Of a DNA stretch of 64,000 nt, positions 28,775 through 42,800 are shown one piece after another. The stretch lies in assembly GCA_900617105.1 (NCBI GenBank), contig UYFQ01000740.1, forward strand, positions 1-64,000. Reading direction: 5' to 3'. A program made the position numbers and the translations under genes. The first letter of the stretch is position 1, and each line of letters starts with the position of its first letter. The DNA is from Hydrurus foetidus. Taxonomy: Eukaryota. The notes below the pieces were generated by a model that ran no database searches, was not told the DNA's origin, and worked only from the letters and a program-made list of their open reading frames with translations.

Positions 28775-30334
28775 CTTGTAATGTGGCTGTGCCAAAGTCA
28801 GAATCTCGTACCGCCTGAAGAACAGAAGGTACCGCATGATCGCTTTCTTGCACTTCGGAGATGCAATGTGCACGACCTGCCTGCCCTCTCGATCTTCAGC
28901 GATACTAAGCTGCACCGCGATGGAGGGATAGAGGGAGAGCACGAACACTATTGCGTACTCGTACTTCTCGTACTGCACAGCTCGTGTCCATGCGTACTCG
29001 TGTTGAGCCGCATCGACTGGCAGTTCAGTCATCGGATCCACCGGTAGGCTATTCATGAGTAACTGGGTCACAGCTCGTACGTCAGCATCGGGGTAGTCCA
29101 GTATAAGGGTGAATGCTGTGCGTCCGTCATAGTCCTTCATCTTCGCAGTATCGATGTGCTCCGCAATCAAAGTCAACAGCGTGTCTACTTCCACACGATC
29201 CAATATGCCTTTGTGCAATGGCAGCTTCTTCAAAAACGCAGCACGATTCGCTGCTAATGCTTCAAAGTCAGATTTCGCGGTCTCAATTTTCTGCAACTCT
29301 TTTTCTCGAGTGATGTATTCCTTCTCAGCATTTTTTCTTTTCTTCATTTCCTCCAATAGAGCATATTTATTTTGCAGAAAGGATGACATTTTTATCCGCT
29401 CGGTTTCGTAGAGAATGAGGAGCACAAAAAGAGAATACAGTATATCCCACAGATTTATGTATCCTTGCAAATAAATGACACCCCAGGCGACCCCTGCAGT
29501 GGCGATACACCATGACAGAAATAATGCATTTTTGGGTATGCCCTTTATGCAGATTTGCATGAACAGAGGATTTATATACGATGACAGTATAGCGTCAGTA
29601 GGCGGTTCGTAACTCAAATCGCTCGGATTGCACCCAGATGCTTGGAATATTGAAGTATCATCGGTACATCCACCATACAATACTCTCGCCACCAGGAAGG
29701 TAAGGGTGCATATCGAGAGCAGAATACAAATGGTACTCTCAATGTCGTCAAAGAGCAATTTTCGAATAATTGATCCAGCGATAACTTGCAATCGCGTGCA
29801 GGGAAATTGTGACTGGAGATGTAAGGTGAACAGCTGGCTGAAGTTTTTGGAAATGTAAAGGAAGTAAATGCATACTCCGAAAAGAAATAATGTGAAAGAG
29901 GCAATAAAATAGGGGCCTTGATAAACACTGTAGGCCAAATTCAAACGAGTGAACGAAATTCCCGCTATCAAAAGACAGAACCCCCAAAAAGCAGGCGCAT
30001 GAAGCTGCGCTTTCATGTATTGGCTGTAGTGCATCTCATCGCTTTTATCGATGAAGTCCAGGAATACGGAAAATTTTGGAGCTTCACGAGGACTTCGCGA
30101 ATCACTGAATGTCGCAGTTGTTCCAGTTGCGTCATCTGGGTTGTGATATGAAGCTGATAATTCGACGGGAAATTTCTTCCTAGAGTTTACAATAATATCT
30201 CTCACGGAGCTAGAATGATGATTTGGTCTGGGTTTCCGGAATTGTTTCACTCTGCCATGCAAGGATCTACTGAGGTCAACTTCGAATGCTTCATCATTAT
30301 CCGAACCACATTTTTGATCATTCCGTACGCTCAT
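26461..30334 (-). CDS. multi-pass membrane protein with ankyrin-like repeats, Ser/Thr kinase and C-terminal TIR domain; 3 exons
   Basis: About 6 hydrophobic helices; DYDGRTAF and DREGRQVVHIA; VAMK, HGDLK|PLN, DLD, CPE, DLWSLG; TIR YDVFLSYR..LRVWWDKECL..FLPVISR. Exons ~30334-28775, 28541-28149, 27764-26461. Confidence 0.85.
28743..28772 (+). repeat. (GT)n microsatellite at the start of an intron
   Basis: Read directly. Confidence 0.9.
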
Positions 30335-30840
30335 TGAACTGTCCTCGATTTCAATGTGAAGGCAAGAAAGGCTTAGCGAATTCTTCACATTCGGCAGCCT
30401 GTCACATTAAACGACTTGAAAATCTCGTGGTGGGCATCTTGATGGGGGGATACTCCAAATAAAAGCCTTGCTAGCGTCAGTCAGAATGGTTTACTGTTTA
30501 TTTCTTGTTATACTACACAGAATGATCGAGATCATCCCATCTCTCTCTCGTCGTGGTGCAGAAAACAGAAAAACTGTTCCAGACGAAATTCCGTCTTTCA
30601 TAGAAGTACGGTTTTCAATTGAAGTTCAACGAAATTCGAAACTGCACATCACTCACAATTCACAGTGGCTTGCTTCATAGCGTTCTCGTGGCACATAATC
30701 GCCTTTCAACACCCTCTATGAGCTCTTACAGGAGCCAAACGTGATAGTTTAGAGTGCTACAAAGTTTTCTGCAATAATTCTTTCCTCTCATTTCTGGGTT
30801 TATCGGTATCAGACAGTTGAAGGAAGACAAAACGCTCCCG

Positions 30841-31248
30841 ATGTTGAAGATCTTCCTTGTTCAGCTCTTTCTACTTCTTAGTGCCACCACATCTAACGGG
30901 TTTTCCATTAGGCTAGGTCGCAGTTATCCTATATGCAGCAATCTCAGAACCCCCGGGACGCTGAAGACTTCGCATAAATCTCCAACCAAATTGTACATAC
31001 AGCCGGAAACTGAAGGAGAAACTAACTCGCTCGTAGCTGATCCAAAGGCCAAACCACAGGGATATATGTCCTCAGATCTTGCTAGCAATGAGGACGGCAA
31101 GCAAGGCAGAGTCTTTGGATATATTCTATTTGCACTAGTTCCTGTTCTTTTCTTGGTACCATTTTTCTTGTCAAGAGGATTTGAACCGCCTGTTGATCCG
31201 GAGATGGAGGTGATACCGAAAGTAACAGTTCAAACTACTAAGAAATGA
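30841..31248 (+). CDS. small probable plastid/thylakoid protein with one C-terminal TM helix, function unknown
   Basis: Signal peptide ending SNG-F, S/T/K/R-rich transit-like region, TM VFGYILFALVPVLFLVPFFL. Confidence 0.65.
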   Translation: MLKIFLVQLFLLLSATTSNGFSIRLGRSYPICSNLRTPGTLKTSHKSPTKLYIQPETEGETNSLVADPKAKPQGYMSSDLASNEDGKQGRVFGYILFALVPVLFLVPFFLSRGFEPPVDPEMEVIPKVTVQTTKK

Positions 31249-31589
31249 GGCAGCACAATGTCAAGCGAGTGACGCGTTCAAGATATTTGACGGCAGGTTT
31301 CTGTAGCACTAGCGTTCGGAATTCGTCGGGCTCACATGAAAACGGATACTACAGAGGCTCCTTCGCACCTAGATTCCAGCTAGAGCAACGCAATGAGAAT
31401 CGAAGCTGATTCTCTATTTCAATATATTTTTACACATGTTCGTTGAAGTTTTAAACTTTTGAATATCAAGGACTAAATTATCAGTAAATTGAGACTGGAC
31501 TACTAACTCCATTTCGGATGTAGAAAAACAAATAATGTACAAAGTAATCAAATGAACACTATTTTAAAGCCCGGCAGTGATACGAATAA

Positions 31590-32368
31590 TCAGAACCTCT
31601 CATTCAGCCTCTTCGCCACATTCCGCATTTGATTGTACACCTTCCCTGGCGGAGCGCCAATGATTAAGTTACAAATGGCATCTCTCGCCAGCTTGATATT
31701 TGAAAACGAACCCATAATGTGAATCTTCTGATCTGCCACCACGATACGGCTTTTTGTGGCGTTTTCAATAGCGTATCTTGTCTTTCCATCCTGTCCAACG
31801 ACTCGCCCAATAGCGCGTGAAAGATGATCACCAGCAAGCATCTTTACGTCGGTAACCATGAAGGAATCTATGTATAAATCCTCGAGTCTCAACAAAGCGA
31901 CGGCGTCCTGTACTTCGAAACCCATCATAAATGCTTCAACGAAATCTTGTCCTTTCTGAATTGCGCCAGGATCTTCAGTAAGCTCTGATGTTTTCAGTTC
32001 AACAGATCGCGTCTTTGGATTGAATCTTATTTGCAATCTTAAAAACTCAACGATAGGCGACATGACAAGGTCCCACTGGTTTCGAAGAGGAGTTAGTCGC
32101 CGTGGTGGACAGCGTATTCTTCTGTATTCTATTTTTCCACCCTATCAAAAAGGGCGCAGACAATAAGAAGTCACGACAACAATTCAAGCTCATGATTTGA
32201 CGATAGCTACACGTAAACAGCTTTTGATGTAGTTACCATGGCATCTACTGCAGAAAGAGCAGGAAAGTCGGGTTTCATCTGTTCGTTAACGTCGGAGGCA
32301 ATCGCCATTTCATCCTCGAGCCTTTCAAGCTCTTCAGCGCGGATAATACTTTCTGTAGCAGATCGCAT
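31590..32368 (-). CDS. PNO1: pre-rRNA processing KH-domain protein PNO1/Dim2 (2 exons)
   Basis: RRIRCPPRRLTPLRNQW; GDHLSRAIGR; GAPPGKVYNQMRNVA. Confidence 0.95.
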
Positions 32369-32909
32369 GATAGTTAGTCGCAGCTGTTGGCTTTCCTTTC
32401 TGCTGGCGCTCTATTTTGATAAAGCTATAATGTTATCATCAATCAGGAGACGTACATCTGGTGGATAGTCGGTAAGATTGGTGGACGTCAATTGTGGAAA
32501 GAGCAGCAGATTTTGATTTTGTCAGCGAATTTCTACATGACCACATCTAATCTTCTACTTTGATCAGCCGATAATTGTGATGACGAAGTTTATTCTTTTT
32601 TCTGCGTTGCATATCACTTTTTCTCTTGGATCTCGTAATGGAAATAATTTCCTAAAATTTGCGAGGATATTGTTAACTAACTATCGAGCATATCGTTGCT
32701 TTGAATTTTATCTTGCTGTGACAATTTCAGCAATACGATAAACTTGCTGAAAGACCTACTCGTGGTGAGATTCTCATCAAGCTCCTCTTCACAATCCTCC
32801 ATGAAAGAAATTCGAAATACGTTTTTTCTGATTGCATCTAATTGGATGGTGCTCCATTCATTCGCGAAGTAAAACAAATTTGAAACAGATGTCATTATGC
32901 AGATTTTCC

Positions 32910-33375
32910 TTTACTTAGTGTATCGCTGGATTTCAGCTTTCTTTTTTTATGAATTTTCACATAAAGTTAGAGTTCGGATCGTGTCCCGTAAATGATAGAA
33001 TATGCGCGGTCTTCAGAGGATCGCTGGATTCGAGCTTGATTTTGGATTTATTTTCGAAGAATGTTAGATGTTGCATCGTGTCGTAAGTGGTCGAATTTAT
33101 GCGGTCATCATGGGATTCAACTTTTCTCTGAACAAAATTTTTGAGCTAGACTTCTAAAGATCAGCTGTCTGAAAATCAAAAGAACACCGCAATTTATCTC
33201 TGAAAACGTTTTACATCTTCTCTGGAATTCTTATGTTTGAAAGTCGAATCCTGTCGACACGACAAAATATTAATCGTTTATAACACGATGCAAACTCTAA
33301 CTTTCTTCGAGAATACATCAAAAGTCACGTACGAAAAAATATAAAACACTGTGATACAAACTTACTCAGTAAATT
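32910..33375. repeat. degenerate ~100-bp repeat: two direct copies plus one inverted copy (foldback/MITE-like relic)
   Basis: atcgctggatt..gttaga..atcgtgtc at ~32920 and ~33020; reverse complement acacgatgcaaactctaac at ~33283. Confidence 0.5.
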
Positions 33376-33752
33376 TAATTCACAGAACCGCACACGCACT
33401 CGCAACGCGCACACCCCACACTATTTTCATATTTCAAAATTCACATCATGAATGAAGGCCACCAAGTGAGGTGCGAGGCAACATTTCACAGTCAGTAGAT
33501 AACTCATCGGGCGATATACGACCGCTCTTGCAGCGTTGTTGCATTTTTTCGGCAACTGGCAATCTTGGGGCCACTTGTGATGGTATGAGGGGTTTTTTTC
33601 TTGCGGCGCTATCGCGTGACTCAATAATAACGTCGTGTTTGAGAGGAGTCAACTTGACCTGAAAGCAATTTCTCCCGTCTGTAAATCAAGGTTATCACTG
33701 GTGGAGAGAAAGCGTCGCTGACACCAACTTGGCGGCACTCAGATTACTGACA

Positions 33753-36700
33753 ATGTCACATAACGGATCAAGTGAAACGAGCTCCTTTATCGATGAATGC
33801 TGGGCATCTTGGTTCTGCAATTTATCGGGGAATCACTTCTTTTGCGAGATAGATAAAGCTTATATGGAGGATTCCTTTAATTTATTTGGGCTCAAGCAGC
33901 ATGTTCCGAAAGATTATTCTAAAGCTCTTGACACAATACTTGATCGATTAGGTAGACCAATCGTTCATTTTGGAACCTATATTTGAGCAATGTTTAAGTG
34001 TGGTATTAAGTTACGTGGTCCACATCACACTTGATGTAGATACTATTGGCAAACGCAAGTATTTCCCGCAATTATGGCTAACATCCGATGTACTATGATG
34101 AAAACAGCACCGACTGAGGCGGAGACAGAGGAGTTGTCACGATCAGCCGCACTGCTGTACGGCTTAATACATGCTCGGTATATAATAACTTCGCATGGAT
34201 TAGAGTCAATGGTGAGACTGCGGTGATTTCTGATGCAAACGTCAGTGATTTCTTTCAACTCAATCTTCTGTTTTTACTCTTTCGTGATTCTGCGGTGTAC
34301 ATTATTTTCTTCGATCGCTCTCTTCGATGTCAAGAGACTCAATGCCCGTGGCTAATGAATTCCGTTATTACGATATGTCTTATCACTTGTCCTACATCAG
34401 CATCGCAAATATGTGCAGCGAGGATTTGGGGAATGTCCACGCATGCTTTGTCGAGGACAACCTGTGCTGCCTGTGAGTACTCTGTCGCTCTGACTCTTCC
34501 TTATAATGTCGTTTAAGCCCTTTCGTTCAGTGGAGAGTAGTGATTCTGACGCATGAGATGACGGCATTTGCAACCCTGACATATTACCCTTACCACTAGT
34601 AACACATGTGACTACTATTATCATAAGCATTAAATAAATGTATACATGAATGTCTCTGAAATAAAATGATTCAAGAGCTCTCAGATTATATTTGCATATA
34701 TCCACACCTTCACATTATTTTGTGTGCATCACATTTCTCGTTGTCATTAAAACTGTACTGCCGTATATGCACGATAAATCGTGTGTTCTTTTTTTCTCAC
34801 GAATTCATTGTCGTGACTCTTGAGCAAAACAGTAAGAAAGCTCCACGCATCTTTCTCTTTTACTTTCTGTACTAATCGCTCCTCTGAGGACCATCTACTG
34901 CACACCGACTTCTTTCCCTTCACTTTCTTGGCTGTAACTGGAGTTCTGATGTTCGTCAGAGCCATCGACCTCAACATCTTGTTGCTGCGCTAAATGATGG
35001 TGCACTTTCCCCACTCCATCAGTGGACATAATAGCAATCATCTTCCTTATATCTCTCATATCACCATTTTGATTTTTCCCTTTTTTATGATATCAGATGG
35101 GGCACACGGATGATCCGAAGCACTGCATGGTGAAATTATTCTGTCCCAAATGTCAAGACGTATACAGCTGTGCACCTAATCAAAGACGTACGTGCTCACC
35201 TACTGTACATCACGTACATCGCTACTGTATTCTATGCGTGTATGTAACTTATTCTCAGACAATGTTTGCACTTTTCATCTCATCATACGACAGAACAGAA
35301 CAGAATTACGTGCGTGCGTGCACTGCTAGTACTTACACTGCCTTGTTTTCATCTTCTCCTTCCTAACCTACGACACATCCTCCTGTGTTGATTATGATCT
35401 GGCCGCAATGGAGCCGTGACTGATGTTATATTCCTCCTCCCTTTCACCTGATTCTTTTTCGTCTCATTTTCATTTCAACGGGGGTTATTTCATTCTTATT
35501 TTTCTTACTGTCTACAGATATTGACGGTGCATTTTTCGGTCCAACATTCCCCAATTTATTTTTCATGACCTACGAAGATGTGGTACCAGAACCCGTGGCA
35601 GAACAAGTACGTCACTGCTTTACTAAATAATGCTCATTGAATTGTTCAGTGAACTGTACTGTATTGTGTAGTGAACTCATATCGTCAAACAGCACTGCAC
35701 TTCGTGCCACTGCACTGCGTTACAGTAATCCACACTGTATGATGACGTTGCTCTCGTAGATCATGCTACTGAATTCGAGGGATAACCATGCTATGTTCTT
35801 TCGATATTTGTCTCTCATCATAAACGGAGCGCATCGAATTTCGTACAGCAGTAAAAATGTGGATGGCTTAGTTCCTCCCATTCCGCAGGATCGTTGACCT
35901 TGTTACCTTCTCCCTCTATTCATTCTACAGAGATTAGTGCCAGTGCCACATTAGTAACGCTGTATTCCTCTTTCCTTTCTATTCCGTTTTTTTCACATGT
36001 TATTCTCGTTTTCTAAATCTCTTGATTTGTACAGTACGTGCCGAGAGTTTTTGGATTTCGCATTCATCATTCCAGCAACAGTCTGCCCCGAGGTAACGCA
36101 GCATTCAATACTGTCATATTAGGCATCATTTTATTCTTGAAGCATGAATGTTGACTCTAGTCGCCGCTCAAAATTACTTTCACCTCCCCTGCTATAGCAT
36201 GCTCTGCTCTGCTATGTCCCCCACACTGTGCGCACACATCTAACGTGTAAGTACGCGCTACTACAGAGCGCATCCGTGCCTAGTGACATCACTGCTGGCA
36301 AACGTTCTGTACTCGTATCGTTTGCTGAAACTGTCTTCAGTTTCTCCTTCACGTTCTAGTGCGCGCGCATCACGTTTTTTATTTCTTTTATTCATGGCGT
36401 GTCTTTCCTTCTTACTTCATTTATCTTCCTCTTCCTTTTCCCCATTCGACGTCACGACCCCACTTCGCCTCATCTTATCCTTCTATGCATCTCCCCTCTA
36501 CTCCTTTCTATTTTATTTAGCCGGATCTGGCGGGAGGAACACTTTGAGTCTGTACTCCGGATACGCTCCAGTAGTGGGGCCGCACAACCCCGGGTTCTTC
36601 AACCACTTCGGAGCGACAGCAGCAGCAGGGTCCAGCTCGCATACGCACTCTTTACTCACACAGGGAAATCTGGCGAATAATAACAACAATGGCAACCACA

Positions 36701-37257
36701 CATCGACTTCCATTTCAGAGAGTCAGTCAGCCGCCACAAAGTGCGTCACTGTGGGGGGCAAGAGGAGGAACACGTCAGCTTCTGACGGACACCAGTCAGC
36801 ATCGAGCAGCAAGGGAATGGAACCTGGATCCGTCTCAAGTTCCATGTTGCTGCAGGGCAATGATGCACATCTAGCGTCACTCTCTCAGGCACAGGGACTG
36901 GGTCTTGGACCGGGTCAGGGGTCCAGTCAAGGGGGTCAGGCATCATCCTCCTCGACCCACGGACCATCCTCTCTTACGTATACGGGACTAGATGGGAAGA
37001 TAGGGGTAGACAAAATAGAGCACACGGAGGGTCGGAACGGACAGGGTCAGTGCGCCCACCCCGCACCACAGAAAGATAGAGAGACGCTAGGCAAGACACT
37101 GTCCCGCACACCTCATCAACGGAACGCACAGGCACCTACGAGCACCGAGACATCCGAGAAGACGGAAAAGGAGTTTGAGCAGTTTCCAGCCAAGAGAGCG
37201 CGGACGACTTCGACCTCAAGGGACTGGACAGAGGGAAATACGAGCAAGGACAAGTGA
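33753..37257 (+). CDS. CSNK2B: casein kinase II regulatory beta subunit, multi-exon, with long low-complexity C-terminal extension
   Basis: [45 protein letters not shown] (Zn finger); [22 protein letters not shown]. Confidence 0.92.
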
Positions 37258-38658
37258 GACCAGTCAGTCGAATCAGTGAGTCTAGTCAGGCAGGCACAGT
37301 TCAGTTGTGCATATAGAGCGTAGATTGGTGTAGTGTGGTGTAGGTCAGTGACTGCCGCATACGTAGCTCAGACTCCGCAGCCTTCACGAACAAAAACAAA
37401 ACAGGAACATGAACATGAGCAGCTCCATACTGTCGGATGCGATAGGTTGGATGGGATGGAGGTCGTGGAAGCACTAGCTTAGACATCAATAGAGGGCAGG
37501 AAGTTGGAATTGATGACGTGGGCAGTAAGAAGAAGGATGACGTGTGCTATAAAGTGGGGTGGAAGAGTCTTCAGCAAAGGGAGATCATGTCGGGATAGAC
37601 TAGACTTCGAGCACATCTATCTCACTGCATCTCTCTCTCTTTCACTCCTACTTGATGCAGCTACTTGATACCCTACAGTGCGATTCATTGCAGCATGGTT
37701 TTTCCGCGGTGGTTGAGCACTACGAATACGACTGTACGGGTTAACTCTCGCGATAAGGGACAACAGGAGATACGGCATCTTGACGTGTATGGATAGGTGA
37801 GGGGAGTGGTTAGACCTTGTTGGGTTGCCTGTATTGAAATTGGTCTAACAGAGCTTGGGTGTAGGTGACTGTCAGTAGACGGTGGGATTGATATGCCATA
37901 GGCCATAAATTGAATATATACGCCAGCAGCCCGAACAAGAAGACATACGATTGAATCTGATGCGAAGCGAGACATCTAATTACTTTTATTCTAATCGCAC
38001 GGATATCAATCTGTCAGAAATGTGAATCTACCAAATTAAATCAAATTAAATATTTCGTTGCTCCGGAATGACTTGAGCTGGTAATTGTATATAACAAGTA
38101 CGCTTTGGCAATCCACTTTTCCGCGCGAAAAAATCTTGCGAAGCAGATCAAATTTGGTTTATTTCAAATAGACAAATTGTATTTTAACAATAAAAAAGTT
38201 TTTTTTTCTGCTCTGGATTTATTTTTATCGACAGCTTTGATGTATAAAATTGGCAAATGAGTTTTTATTCAAATTCGTTATAATGGAAAATAAATTGCGT
38301 CTAATTATTGTCAAAATAATGCACTATTTACAGTCAAACTCCTTCTTGCAGAGGGAGTCATCAGTGAGATGCACAGGACTGACTGTCCGTGTCTCTGTCT
38401 CCTCCATGAAAGCGTCTTTCTCCTATGATACGGCTACCTCTATTGTGTTCATGTAATAACACCTGTCCTGTGTGTCTGTCCCTTGCCCTTGCCATCTGTG
38501 ACTTTGAGGGTCATAAATGGAGTACAGCTTGGACAGGACAGTGTACCCATCATCCCTCACATCCTATCACCTGTACCATCTATCTGTGGTCGAACCTACT
38601 CTCACTCAGAAATGTCAAAGTATATTGTAAGGAAGGGTGGGGTCTTTTATGAGGCCCG

Positions 38659-39822
38659 CTACATATGGGGTGATAACTGGTCCCTGAACGGCCCCGGCCG
38701 ACTGATCAATTCACTGTATGTGCCCTCCTGCTTGATCTTTCCATCCAGCATGACAAGCACCCTGTCTGCGTGGACAGCAGTACCGAATCTGGATGACGTC
38801 AGCACTACCACCTTCCCCTCAGGGACCCCCATCCCGGACCCGGACAGGGACCCTGGATCCTGCTGCGTCATCTCCGCTCTTAACAGGTCGAAGAACATTC
38901 TCTCCTGAGTCTCTGACAGATGGTCACAAGGGGCTTCCATTAGGATGATTTCTTTGTGGAGGGAGTGGAGGGCGCGAGACAATGACAGACTTCTCATTTG
39001 GCCTATATGTGCAACAGAGAGCAGAGATGATTAGGGCAGTGTCGTAATGTGAGTACTGTATAAGGGACATAGACTGAGGGGGGAAGGGAGAAGAGTAAAA
39101 GGACCACGTCCACAGTAAATATGAGAAGGAGTACACAACACCACAAATAAAATACATCACAGTATAGTACTGTACGATACGGTACGGTACATTACAGTAC
39201 GGTACGGTGCGGTAAATTACGGTACCGCACTATACGGTACAGTACAAAGCAATAGGTATACCGTAATCACAACTAACCCTCAGACAATGTGTAAAACTGT
39301 TCAATATCCCCCGCGCTGCTTTCTCTCTGCACAATTGTTGACGCCCCTTGAGGGAGGGAAGAAAACAAATCGCCCACACGAGTCACTCCTTGTATGCGAC
39401 TGCTTCTAAGAGGGTCTTTTGATGTGTTCGATGATGCTTCACTTCCACCTGCTAGTAGACCTGAAAAGGTAATTGAAGATGAGGAGGAAAAGAGGAGAGA
39501 TGAGAGGATGGGAGAAGACAAGAGAAGGGATGGATGAAAGATAAGATGACGAGAGATTAAAAAGTTGAGAAGAAAGTAAAGGGTGAGACAAGAAAATTAG
39601 CATGATCGAGAACAGGAGAACCAGAGTGGTGTGGAGAAGGATGATAAATGGAAGAGACGTAGAGAGAGATCATTGAAGAACGATATAGCAGTGGTTCGTG
39701 CCATGCGTATACACAACACTAAACGACGAATTTGTTGCAATTACTATGAGGTCGTGTCGTTTACAGTCTGATGGATTGCTAATTAGTTGGTTAATTAGCT
39801 AGTTAGTTTGTTAATTAGCAAA

Positions 39823-39882
<60 letters not shown>

Positions 39883-42800
39883 ATAAATAGAATAGTGATT
39901 GATAGGTGAACAAATAAACAGACGAAATATATTTACCAGCGGGCAGTGCCAAGTCCAGATCTCCTTGCTTGAGGTACGTGATGCGATTCCTAAGAGCAGA
40001 GAGACTCCACTCCTCCAACTCCCTGCCGTGCACCCACACACACCCTCCAGTCTGCTCCACAATATTACCATTACTATTGCTGCTACTGCTACCCGGTGTA
40101 TGTGTCTCTCCATAGCCATTTCCTCCGAATTCCTTGAAAGCTACCCGCCCTCCCTCTCCCCATATCGATTCCAATATTTGGGATGGGGATCCGTAAGTGG
40201 AGACACCCGCAGAAGCAGCACTGAGAATCACGGTTATTGAATTCGGTGGGAAAGTAACCGTAAGATCCTGAAAGTGAAGGGGAATACAACGAATTGAGAG
40301 AGAGTCAGAGTCGTAAGAACGAATGAGATTTGAGAGTTTCTTTAGTGTTCAGAGATTCAAGATGCATGAATGGATCCTGGACTTACCTCTAGAATCCCCT
40401 TTCCTCCCCTTGCAATGCTAAGACCCTTCAATTGCACACCCAGAGATTTATCCGGACCATCTACGGTCCACCCAGCGTCCTCGGTATTGCTGGATCCAAA
40501 GTCCACGGACTGGGACTGGGAGTAAAGGGTTGACCATGGATCGGATGGGGACTGGAGTGCTCCCATCTCGAGGTAGAGATGAGCTCTGATGAGGGAGTGG
40601 GGGAGATAGCAGATTAGAGGATGGATGAGGCGGGGTGGTGCAGTGATTGGAATTGATGTAGAGGAGAGAAAAGAGGAGAAGAAAGGAGAAGAAAAGGCAA
40701 GAGAGTGGAGTAGAGTGGAGAAGAGAAAAAAGGAGAGGAGTGACATAGACGGTAAATAATGATCATGATAGAAGAGCTAATAAGGTGCAAACACAAGGGA
40801 ACAGGACCAGTCAGTCAAGATACATTGCAAAATCAGAGGACAATTCAGATAGACAGCGTACCTGTCATTGCTACTTCCATCACTCTGTTTGTACAAGGCT
40901 AGCTGAGGAAAGAGAGAGTCGTAGGTTCGATCCTTCAGTGCGTCAGTCACAGCCACCATGTCACTGACAGCGCTCAGCGCCCTAGAAGAAGAAGAGAATG
41001 ACCAAGTCCAGAAGAGAAACGGTCCAATTGCCATTGCTAAGCAGAGCAAAACCTGCTGTGCTTGAAATCCCATATCCGCGCTCAGCACTTCCGCAGAACT
41101 CATAGAGGAGTCGTGCAGTGAAGGTCGAAGTAACGTGAACACAGGGGGCAACTCGGAATCTGAAAGTCCAAAGTCCATCAGTATTTCTTGAATTTGACGG
41201 ATTGTAAATCCGAGTTGAGAGAAGACGCCACATACAAACACGGAAACGGATTCAAATCCGTTAATATTCCGGAAATAGTAGAGCGCTTTTGACGTCCAAG
41301 CAGAGCAGTCGGCCATAACGATGTTATCGAATATTTTGTTGAAGTCGATTCTATTGCTCGCAGCAGCTTCAATGGCTTGCAAGACAGAGTAGGCAGATAG
41401 CATTGTGAGGACAGCGGTGTATACCACCCTTCTGACAAGGGGGGTAGCACCGATCCGACCGATGTTCTGCAGTACATACTCCCCCTCATCTCCCTGTCTC
41501 CCTCTACCTCTTCCTCCTTTCATCCCATCCTTAGATGTGTTCTCGCCACTATTTGATGTTGATGTTGATGTTGATGCTAGATATCTCTTGAGCTCCTTGC
41601 TCTTCAAGTCATGCACTGCATTGAGTAAGCTCCACTTGGCAAGAGATCCCGAACTCTTCTTGCTCCTAGTCATTCCATCCAACAGTAAGTAGTACTCCAT
41701 CCTGATCAACATATGATGACGAAGGAGAGGCGAAGGAAGTATGAGGGGGGTGAGAGGGCTTTAGTGCTAAGTGATGCATACAAGATACACGGTGATGTTA
41801 AGTACAGCCACAATTGGTAGATACACTGCAGTACAATCAGCAGAGCTGTATCGTAGGGATAGGATGTCAGCCTGGTTGTCACGGTTTATACGATAGTTTG
41901 GTCTACACAGCCGCTATTTTCTATCTTGCTCACCCGGCAGCACCGGCCACATCCCGTCCACTCGTTCCTCCCCCCGACCCCGTTCCGGCCTCTGACCCTA
42001 CTTCTGAAGAAAGGATGTCTGATCCCCTAGATGGCTGACTGAGGTAAATCTCGCTCAATGAGAAAAGAAGAGCAGCAACATAGGGCAGAGAGATTGCTCT
42101 CTTGAGCTGTTCATCAATAGCGAGGAGGGAGAGGAAAAGGAGGGAGAGAAAGAGGTAGAACGAGCATAGGTAGCCCCTCCACACAGACATCATCAAAGAC
42201 AGAGGACTGCTCAATACACTTCCAGAGAGATAAACAGACCCCAGGGACCTTGGTCCGACCCCACTCCCACTCCCACCCAGAGCTCCACCTGTTGAGTAAG
42301 TAAACGATCTCTGTTCAGCATTTACAGTGGGCGATACATGGCTTCTTCTCTTTCCTCTCGAGAACACCTTCTTAACTTTCTTCATCATAATGGAGATCAT
42401 CCCTGCATCTTCATCGTCATCCTCTTCATCTTCCTCCATGCCGTTTTCGTCCTCAAACATGTAATCGTTGCCTACATCATTGATATCATTATTATTTATA
42501 TTGTTATCGTTCACTCTATCTTCATGATAATCATCACTACTATCATGATCACTATTACTACTATAATCATTACCATTGTTGTCATTACCTCTGCTCATAG
42601 CACTTGCACTGCTGGACTGAATAGCTTCGCTCTGCATCACCCTCATTGTGTTAGTCTTGCTCCTCGCATAGGTCACTATTTCTTCTCCGATATTCTTCTC
42701 CAAAGCTGGTAAAAACACCCCACACACAATAACTGTCAAAAAAATCACACTCAGAAGGGCGCATGCCGCTGACCGCTTTGATATTCCGTTTGCTGTATCT

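Noticed and set aside
39164..39245. CGGTA/CAGTA pentamer array
   Set aside because: Intronic simple repeat, similar to others in this genome's introns
39822..39882. (TTAG)n as an interstitial telomere
   Set aside because: Intronic tetranucleotide microsatellite lacking the G-run
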